Positions 1-10,125 of a DNA stretch of 64,000 nt are shown here, in pieces. Below the pieces are notes generated by a model. The model saw only the letters and a program-made list of their open reading frames with translations, had not been told where the DNA came from and ran no database searches. Numbering within the stretch: position 1 is the stretch's first letter; the number at the start of each line of letters is the position of its first letter. Origin of the DNA: Azolla caroliniana (Eukaryota; Plantae; Polypodiophyta); the NCBI GenBank assembly GCA_043228905.1, contig JBHGNT010000003.1, forward strand, positions 16,058,001 through 16,122,000, in the 5' to 3' direction. A program made the translations under genes and the position numbers.

Positions 1-2480
1 CCATATGGATGATGTCGAGGCTTTTTTGATCGGCAACATGTATCACAGCTACGAACATAATCCGTAACAAAATGGCGAAGCCGTGGCCACCAATATCGGC
101 GAGAAATCAACTCAAAAGTCTTGTGGATGCCGAAGTGTCCCGCCATTGGTGTGTCATGACATTGTTGCATGACTTTGAGTCGAGAAGGACCGTCAGGCAC
201 ATACAAGAGAGTTTGTCGAAAAAGTAACCCATCATGCCAACTAAACTGGGTGTAGTCTAGACGAGGATTTTGAGTTTGGGAGCTAGATGCACGATTTGGG
301 ATAATATGGCTCAAAACCTCTTGGGCGAACGCCTCAGTCGCAATCTGCTCACGAATGGAATCAAGAAGCCTTGAATCTCCCGGTGTGTTGATGGTATGCA
401 TTGCCATTATTCGTAGACGATCAGGACCTAAGAGGATTTGCTTTTGGCTTTCAAATGCGGCCTCTCCAGGTTGAAGTTCCATATACGAACGTCTAGATAA
501 AGCATCTGCTTTTCCTTGTTGCATCCCAGGGCGATATAGAATTACAAAATCGAAACGAGTTAAGAACTGCGCCCAACGAGCTTGTCGTCGATTCAAGACT
601 CGAGCACTTTGAAAGTATGTTAGATTTTTATGATCATTGTAGACAATAATCTGCTGAGAAGAACCCTCCAGAAAATGATGCCATTGTTGAAAAGAATCCA
701 CAATGGCAAGAAGCTCTTTGTCGTGAATCTCATAGTTGATTTCTGCGGCTTCAAATTTTCGTGAGTGAAAAGCCACCGGGTGCAGTTCACCATCATCACC
801 AATTTGGGATAGTACACTTCCGAGTGCGAAATCCGATGCATCAGCTTCAAGTATAAAGCGCCTCATTGGATCGACATGGATTAAGATTGGTGCGGATGTA
901 AATGCTTGCTTTAAACCCTCAAATGCAGAGTTCGCATCTATACTCCATACAAATGGTCGATTCTTGTGCGTCAGTTGAGTGAGGGGCAACACAATTTTTG
1001 AATAATCTTTGATGAACTTGCGATAAAAGTTTGCGAACCCCAAAAAACATTGCACATCTCGCACGGACTGTGGTGTTTGCCAATCCAAAATTGTTTGAAC
1101 CTTTGATGGATCCATAGAGATGCCATTTGAAGAGACTATGTACCCCAAAAACTCCACTTGACATTGGTCGAAACTACACTTCTCCAATTTTGCATAGAGA
1201 CCATACTCTCGTAGCCGTTGCAAAACTTGGCGAACATGTATATCATGTTCTTCTTGAGTTTTTGAGTAGATCAAGATATCATCCAGGTAAACAATGATGA
1301 AGATATCGAGGAAGTCTCGAAAAATATCATTTGCCATATGTTGGAAGACTGCTGGTGCATTCGTGAGGCCAAAAGGCATCACTGTGTACTCAAAATGACC
1401 ATAGCGAGTGCGGAACGCCGTCTTCCATTCATCCCCAGGACGAATTCGAACAAGGTTGTAGGCACCTCGAAGATCTAACTTCGTGAAATACTTTGCTTCA
1501 CTGAGGCGTTCTAGAAGGCTTGAGATCAATGGGAGAGCATATCGGTTTCTAACGGTCACTTTATTCAAGCCTCGATAATCCACGACCATACGAAGCGTAC
1601 CATCTTTCTTCTTAACGAAAAAGATGGGTGCACCAGCAGGAGATTTTGAATGTTGGATAAAACCATTTGCCAAGTTCTCATTGATATATTCTCGAAGAAC
1701 CTCTAACTCCGTGGGCGAAAGATTATAAATTGGTCCCCATGGAGGCTCTTTTCCTGGCTGCAAATCAATTGGGCAATCATATGGTCGATGCTCTGGTAGT
1801 CTATTAGCCTTCACCTTATCGAACACATCGGAGAATTCTATGTACTTCTTTGGTAGTTGGACCCCCAATTCTTGTGAGCTAGATGAGGGAGTTGCTAAAA
1901 CCGCAAATACCATCATGTCTTCCTTTCTTCCATCCTCTCGTAATTGATGTATAGAGATTGTTGAAATTGTGGGGGATCCTAGATCCTTAGTTGGAGCTTC
2001 AAGAGACTTGGATTGTACGGTGACCTCTTCAATAGTTCTTTTTCTCCAATCAATGGTTGGGTTATGTAACTCAAACCAAGGAAGACCAAGAACTAGAGAG
2101 TGCTCCGGACTACTAATGATGTTAAATGAGATGACACTAGCCAAATTACCTAGGACTACACGAATTGGTTCAGACTCTTCGACTATATCTCCTGATGCTA
2201 TAGGGCGACCATCGATGACTCCTACAGCTACTGGGTTTGGGAGTTTTTTCAAGATGATGTTTTGAGTCAATGCAAACTCGCGATCCATGAAACAAGAATT
2301 GGCTCCGGAATCTAGGAGGGCAGAGGCTAGGGCGCGATGACCTGTAGATGTGCTATGCTCGACTTGTGCAGAAAAAACTCTACTAACTTGATTTGATGAA
2401 ATGGAACCACAACTAGGTACTGACTCTACATAACTAGGATGGTCCAACCAAATGGCTCCTATTTTGGCCGGACTTATTCG
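1..2480 (-). CDS. pol: Pol polyprotein (protease, RT, RNase H, integrase N-terminus), open to window edge, in -1 frame relative to gag
   Basis: Manual translation gives about 825 codons with no stop: LLDSGANSCF (DSG ~2304-2312), LPEHRPYDCPIDL, VDYRGLN, YLDD (1278-1289), EADASDFALG, DKELLAIV, DHKNL, KADALSR, then HDTPMAGH...CDTC zinc finger. Absent from the ORF track, presumably because it has no stop inside the window. Confidence 0.93.
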
Positions 2481-2486
2481 TTTAAC
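2435..2486 (-). promoter_or_regulatory. Programmed -1 ribosomal frameshift signal (G_UUA_AAC + 6-nt spacer + predicted H-type pseudoknot)
   Basis: Heptamer at 2486-2480. Stem1 GUCCGGCCAAA (2473-2463) pairs with UUUGGUUGGAC (2452-2442). Loop UAGGA is complementary to downstream UCCUA (2439-2435). The -1 frame is continuous with protease. Confidence 0.8.
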
Positions 2487-3601
2487 ACATCCTCTAATTG
2501 GCTCAAGACATCAAATCTATTCTCATGGCATGGGCTATTAGGCTTAGTACTTAAGTTATTAGAAGTGATAGTAGAACTTGATGTAGGGTTGTCATGTGCA
2601 CTTACTTGGTAAACTTGACGCCTGGGTTTATGTGGACAATTCACAGCTATATGTCCTGGACCACCACAGTAGAGGCATAGGCGATGCGCCCGACGTCGTT
2701 GTTTCTCAGCATCTGATAAGGGCCCTCGACGTTGTGTCGACTCTATTTCCATCGGAGTGGGACCATCCCTCGTAACGGGTCTAGAACCTTGTGGCGGTGT
2801 GGCGACTATAGAAGCGTATGTCTGTTCCGGTTGGCGGCGTAACATTTGTTGACGTTCAGAACGTCGCTCAAATAGGCGATTATCACATCGCACAGCTCGG
2901 CTAATAGCTTCAGTAAGAGACTTTGGATCTTCATGGAAAGTAAGAAGAAGATCTTTGACATCGTTACGCAAACCCTGACGGAATTGATCCATTAAAGCTG
3001 CCTCATCCCAAGGGATGTCGCATGCCAAGAGACGGAAATCTGCGGCATAAGCTGAAGCGGGACGATCTCCTTGTCGGAGTCTTCGAATCTTGTTTATTGC
3101 AGTCCTAGTGCTATCCGTATCTCCAAAACTAGCTTGAAACTCCTTAACGAATGCCTCGAAATCCTCCAGTAATGGTGATTTCTTCTCAAGAAGTGGTGCA
3201 AACCATGCTAACGCTGTACCGCTTAGCAAGGTTCCTATTAATCCCACACGGGCAGCATCAGTTGGATACCGATTGGGATGTAACTGAATCACCAAACGAA
3301 CTTGATTCAGGAAACCTCGAAAGAGAGATCTGGTACCATCAAACTTGGCAGGGAGGCTAATCTTTGGTTCCCTTGGGGAGTTTTGAACCCCCGCCGCTTG
3401 TTCTCGTAATGTTAATATAGTAGCCTCAAGTTGATGAACCCGTTGTGATAACTCCTCATATTGATGAGCTTTCTCAGTACTGACTTGTTGAAGATCCCCG
3501 AGTAGCCTTTGATTTTCTTGCTCTAATGCCACAAACTTAGTGGTGAGCATATCGAGCTCCGAAAGGACACGCATATACTCTTGCTTGCTGACCGACTCCA
3601 T
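2474..3601 (-). CDS. gag: Gag (N-terminal coiled coil, retrotransposon capsid, CCHC knuckle), 375 aa
   Basis: ORF track; motifs LPAKFDG, LRQGDRPASAYAADF, GPTPMEI, CLYCGGPGHIAVNC. Confidence 0.93.
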   Translation of the reverse strand: MESVSKQEYMRVLSELDMLTTKFVALEQENQRLLGDLQQVSTEKAHQYEELSQRVHQLEATILTLREQAAGVQNSPREPKISLPAKFDGTRSLFRGFLNQVRLVIQLHPNRYPTDAARVGLIGTLLSGTALAWFAPLLEKKSPLLEDFEAFVKEFQASFGDTDSTRTAINKIRRLRQGDRPASAYAADFRLLACDIPWDEAALMDQFRQGLRNDVKDLLLTFHEDPKSLTEAISRAVRCDNRLFERRSERQQMLRRQPEQTYASIVATPPQGSRPVTRDGPTPMEIESTQRRGPLSDAEKQRRRAHRLCLYCGGPGHIAVNCPHKPRRQVYQVSAHDNPTSSSTITSNNLSTKPNSPCHENRFDVLSQLEDVLNE

Positions 3602-3705
3602 AACCGCGGGGGAAAAAGAAAGAAGAATAAAGAAGAAAGCTTGCTAGGGTTATTGGAGAAAGGGAAAAGAAATATTCGAATGAGTTGTGATGAGTGTATG
3701 GACTC

Positions 3706-3831
3706 TTATTTATAGGCCCTTATGGAGTATTCTAGAATGTTCTAGAATATTTTAGATATTTATGAATAATAATAATAATAAATATAATCATGAAATATTC
3801 AAGAACATTCTAGAATAATCTAGAATGTTCT
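3706..3831 (-). promoter_or_regulatory. LTR promoter: TATA box preceded by two heat-shock element arrays
   Basis: CTATAAATAA (minus) at 3715-3706. Perfect 4-unit nTTCn/nGAAn array at 3729-3748. 7-unit array with one mismatch at 3797-3831. Confidence 0.8.
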
Positions 3832-3885
3832 AAATATCTCGTAATAACTAAACATATAATTATTATGATTACATCTCACATATGT

Positions 3886-3939
3886 TATTACAATGGTTAA
3901 AGTACAATATGTAAACCAAGAGGTTATGGGTTCGATTCC
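3886..3939 (+). promoter_or_regulatory. tRNA-like A-box/B-box (type 2 Pol III promoter-like) module inside LTR U3, antisense to the element
   Basis: TATTACAATGG (3886-3896), then 32 nt, then GGTTCGATTCC (3929-3939; perfect B-box consensus). Confidence 0.7.
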
Positions 3940-3991
3940 TGGTTCGCCAAGATGAATGTCATGATAAGCCAAGATGTATGTCTTCATGACA

Positions 3992-5906
<1,915 letters not shown>

Positions 5907-7119
5907 GTTCTCTAGGTGGGAAATCATGAAAAATCAAAGCCTCATATGTATATTCCTCTAGGGTGGAGAAAATGGGTCTCATGCAATGGCCAAGGTAGCA
6001 TGAGATGTTTTGATTAGGACAAAAACCCAGGGAGGGTTGGCTTTAATAGATCCCTTGATACAATCTCAAGCTCTCTTGACAAAATTTGTAGTAAGAGGAC
6101 AGAGGCATGGAAGGGTATGTTTCTTAATCAACTGATGCAATTAGCTCCCAAGACGAGAGGGAACTGGTTCCCTTCTTTGAAATGGATGTTCGTGACAGAT
6201 GTACAGACACCGAGACGGAATCTAACATCCAAGAGATTTCTCCTGGGAATCGTTAGATCATGGGATGTAATCAAGATTTTTTTACACAAGCAAATGCCTA
6301 ACACGTGGGATGGTTGGATGAATCCGCGGCTTTTGGCTAATTCTCTTGTCCGGGATTCTATTGGAAATATATTAGGCCTTAGACCTCATCTTGCATGGGG
6401 AACACTTGACAATGGGCGAGCAACATCAATAGGATCTTTGATTCATTTTCAGCACATGCCAAAAGTGGATTGGCTTAAGCAGTTACACTCGATATATGGG
6501 CGAAGACAATGATAATGGATATTTCAGTGGTCTTCTCACATGCCTCAGCGTGACTTCAGCCAATGCAAGAGCATACTGGTTTAGTTGCTTTGCGAATGGC
6601 ATGATGCTCTTTGTTAAAGGAATTTCTATAGACTTGTGTATTTTTTATTTCCATATTCAACATGATAATAAATTGCAGCCTTATACACCCTTAGATAATT
6701 TACTACAAAACCTACTCGAAAGCAAATGCGTGTAGCCCATGTATGGAAAACAGTATCTACGATTACATTATGGACCTTATGGAAGTATCGTTGTAGAAGA
6801 CAATATGATTCCATAATTCCTCTTCTCTTAGATATATTGTTGGAATTATGGGAGAGCTTATTGGCAGTAGGTTGTGGGCAATATGATAATATGTTGGGCT
6901 CTTCAAACGTTGTTCTTAAGAAAAGGAAAAAATTACTACAGTTATGGAGGAAGTTGCCTCTATTCAGAGTCTCCTCTCAAGGACCAATTTGAAAATATCA
7001 TCACCCCTAGCCCTTGCCCTGATCATCCTTTTTGTATATAACACTCTGTAATTGTACATTGTGTAACCTTCCAACGTTTTTTCTTAATACTAAAGAAGGA
7101 AATCTTTTTGGAAAAAAAA
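5907..7119 (+). mobile_element. LINE (L1/Tx1-like) ORF2 3' fragment, degenerate
   Basis: Broken frame AKVA*DVLIRTKTQGGLALIDPLIQSQALL and C-terminal VWKTVSTITLWTLWKYRC; short A-run ~7112-7119; homologous to 34290-35456. Confidence 0.75.
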
Positions 7120-7496
7120 TAATTATACATTCTTTTCTTCTTCATTAGTTTCTAAAGAAGATAATTCCTTACTTTCAGGGAAGGATTTTTATGGCTCATG
7201 TGCATCTTGCACTACATCATCATATATTCTTTGACCTTGGGTATGAGTAGCCAATTCACGTAAAGGCACAAAAGCTTCTCATATTTTTATTTTCCTTTTT
7301 GTTTTGTTTTCTTCTTCTTGTTTGGTAGAAATCCACTCTCTTCTCCTAAAGAGGTTTCATATCGTTTCCATGTGCTTGGCAATATTCGTAGATATTGTCT
7401 AATAAACAAAACTTTTGCATCATATACTGCTTTTTACTTCCATAGATATGTGCTACCTCCATGCCTACCATCAAGCACATAAGCATTGAGCATATT

Positions 7497-7661
7497 CCAA
7501 TTCTCTTAGTGTTGTTCACTTTCATTGGTTTTCAGACCCTCTCACTATGGGGCTTCCGGCAAATAATGTTTACAAGACCAATTCTCTTAGTGTTGACCAC
7601 TCTTGTTGGTTTTTAGACTCTTTTGCTATGGAGATTCTGATAAATAATATTTACAAGACCA
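7497..7661. repeat. Tandem duplication, 2 x 81 bp, diverged
   Basis: CCAATTCTCTTAGTGTTG...TTTACAAGA at 7497 and 7578. Confidence 0.85.
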
Positions 7662-7964
7662 TTAAAATGAAGATATCAAGATTAAATTATTGATATCAGA
7701 ATTGCAATTTTGCAAATGAAAATCAGACTACAATTTGATTTCCTAAAACATTAGTCAAACTGGGAAAATTACAAGAAACACAAGATCAATACATTAAATT
7801 AACGTTTCGCAACAACTAAATTCAGATAATATAGAGAAACAGTTTCCATAAGGAGGTAAATTAACTTGCCCAAATACTGGAGATAATTGTCATAAACAAT
7901 TGAATGATGGTGTTGGAGAAAGGTAGTGATGACCTTGGATGGCATGGGCCCAAGAATGCAAAGA

Positions 7965-8058
7965 GAAAGAAAGAAAGATATATTCACGTCTTCTAAGACC
8001 AAATTTGGCCCATGAGACAATTGGTTACAACAAAATGGGATATGTACCCAATCATTGA
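7965..8058 (-). mobile_element. Short retroposon 3'-end fragment with (TTTC)n tail (dispersed repeat; other copies 9015-9063 -, 39499-39595 +, 52494-52526 -)
   Basis: Shared CATGGGCCAAATTTGGTCTTAGAA.ACGT.AATATATC(TTTC)n, with variable 5' extent and a fixed tail end. Confidence 0.65.
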
Positions 8059-8559
8059 AAATAAGAATAAAATAAACATTGACAAAAGAGTTCTGGTGTT
8101 GTACGAAAGATGTTAAGATGTAACATATTCTATAAAGGAAATGGTTGTGTTAGGCCTAGTTTCATTTCCATCCAAAGTCTCTCAAAAAGGAGTAGGAGGT
8201 CATAGGATTTTGATGTAGATGTGGCATATGGTGTCAATGTAAAAGGTATCATGACCATAGCTTCTGGGTGGTGCAACTCATGTTCCCATATCTTCTTAAT
8301 TGCTTCTACACAATAAGTGACTTTAAGGCCCGATATGTAAGGGTGTTTGTTTGTTCTTTGGTTTTCTACTTCAGCGAGGGAAAGGCAGAGTGGTGTGGGT
8401 GTGTCCACGCTCATCGTCCCCTCCTATCCCTGAACAAATTCATTGGTTACATGTTGGTGAATATTAGAAAATTAATGGTTAGCATTTTATAGCATATTCT
8501 CTTTGTGTTGTTTTAGCTCTAAGATATATCTATCTACTTTCTTTATATTTAGGGTGTCT

Positions 8560-8960
8560 AATAGTTTGGAGAGGGTCTTCGTATGTCTTGGAAATTTGCC
8601 ATTATCTCGACGTAAGCTGGACACTTGCATGTAAAGTAATACTCATCCTCTATCTCTATGTGACATAATCTACATATTTGTCCTCTTTGGGGACTCCATT
8701 AATACAACCATACTCAACCTCAACTTGGTGAGATGATAGTCTAAGTTGTCCAATGGTAACCCCTCGTGTATTTGATAAGAACATATCTAGATATTTTCGT
8801 CGTATAATAAAATCTAACTTAGAGAAGTGCATGAAGTGTTCCTTATAGTATACCATTTTAGATAGGAGTGGCTCTAGTGGGCTCATCTATTTATGTCAAA
8901 TGGAAATTTTCCATATTTCTTGGTGTATTACTTTATTACGGTCCTCATAAGAGATTAATG
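8560..8960 (-). mobile_element. Degenerate non-LTR retrotransposon ORF2 C-terminus (RTE/RTEX-like)
   Basis: IGQLRLSSHQVEVEYG...VPKEDK resembles the QLRxSSHxLxIExGR motif that precedes the C-terminal Cys/His cluster of these LINEs; clade assignment is from memory. Confidence 0.55.
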
Positions 8961-8984
8961 TTTTATCAAGTCTCGTGGTTCTAC

Positions 8985-9020
<36 letters not shown>

Positions 9021-9482
9021 AAGATATATTAACGTCTTCTAAGGCCAAAATTGGCCCATGAGAGCAAACGCAAAAGCAAAAAACGTTTGTGAAGAAAATG
9101 CGGAGGAGAAAAGAGTTACGAAGAAATAGAAAGTAAAAAAAGCAATTTAAGAACAAGAGGGGAAACGCAAAAAGCAAAAAGCGTTTATGAAGAAATAGAA
9201 AGCAAAAAAGCGATTTATGAAGAAGAGGGGAAATGCAAAAAGGCCAAAAAAACGTTTAAGAAAAAATTGGAAGCGAAAGAGAAAAAAAAAACGCAAAGTA
9301 GCAGAAAAAAGAAAAAGGAAAACAGAGAGAAACGTTTCGAATGGCGACGTCGATTCGATGGATGGACTCTCCCTTTCCTTTATTAACTCAAATCCGCACC
9401 AAATTCAAACTCAGCAGGACAGGCATCGTTTAAGAGACAAAAGGAAGAGATTACAAGGAAGGAGGAGGTTTCTGCATGAATG

Positions 9483-9518
<36 letters not shown>
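9483..9518. repeat. (GATT)n microsatellite upstream of sHSP
   Basis: About 9 perfect GATT units. Confidence 0.9.
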
Positions 9519-9598
9519 TAGTGTGGACTAATTAATCCCTACTACTTAATTCCCTGCAGATTAACACCTCCATACATTTCACTGAGAGAGCGGGAGAT

Positions 9599-10125
9599 AT
9601 GGCTACCAACGCACCCGTGGATGTGAAGGAACTGAATGGCTCCTACATCTTCGTTGTGGATGTCCCTGGCCTTAGAAGCACCGACATTAAGGTCCACACC
9701 TTCATTCATTTACATTACATCTCTCTTTCTCTCCCTCCACAATCAACATGCTCCATGTGGTTTGTTTGTTCCCCCATTCCCTACCTAAAACATGATGAGA
9801 AGTGGTCTGACTAAACCAGGTCCAGATCGAGAATGACACGATCTTGAAGATAAGCGGAGAAAGGAGGCGCGAATCGGCCGAGGATTGTCAAATCCAGAAC
9901 TTGAAGGTGGGGGATCAGGTGAAGTATGTGCGGGTCGAGAGGCCCGCGGGTCGATTCATGCGTAAGTTCAATCTTCCTAACCATGTAAATCTGGATGCCA
10001 TCTCTGCTGCCTGTCAACAGGGTGTCCTGACTGTGCTAGTGCCCAAAATGCCCACCCCCGAGCCGCACAAACCTAGGACCTTCGAAATCCCTGTCGCCAC
10101 AACACCATCAAGTAGTGCCATATGA
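9599..10125 (+). CDS. Small heat-shock protein (HSP20/alpha-crystallin domain), cytosolic class II/III-like; exons 9599-9691, 9820-10125
   Basis: MATNAPVDVKELNGSYIFVVDVPGLRSTDIK, GT..AG intron 9692-9819, then VQIENDTILKISGERRR...YVRVERPAGRFMRKFNLP...GVLTVLVPK...FEIPV. 132 aa from ATG 9599; the true start may be upstream. Confidence 0.9.

Larger units (their letters stand above)
1..3991 (-). mobile_element. Ty3/gypsy LTR retrotransposon, Tcn1/chromovirus-like (Sushi/Tf-type gag-pol), 5' part; apparently intact, 3' end off-window
   Basis: 5' LTR starts TGTCATGAAG at 3991 (minus), interrupting a copia integrase ORF. Gag at 3601-2474 and PR-RT-RH-IN order with no stop to the window edge. Lineage inferred from gag style (LPAKFDG, GLRNDVKD, PTPMEI, CX2CX4HX4C) and RT ([17 protein letters not shown]). 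The chromodomain is not visible because it would be off-window. Confidence 0.92.

Noticed and set aside
3520-3531. TGGCATTAGAGC (minus) as a tRNA-iMet PBS
   Set aside because: Two mismatches to TGGTATCAGAGC, inside gag codons (VALE) and not directly preceded by a CA LTR end; likely chance.
2474-3601. Domesticated PEG10/RTL1-like host gene
   Set aside because: It is flanked by an LTR inserted in another TE and followed by a full pol, so it is an ordinary retrotransposon gag.
9060-9492. Lys/Arg-rich ORF 9217-9492
   Set aside because: Translation of an A-rich degenerate repeat (GCAAAAAGC..TTTATGAAGAA); no domain or splice support.
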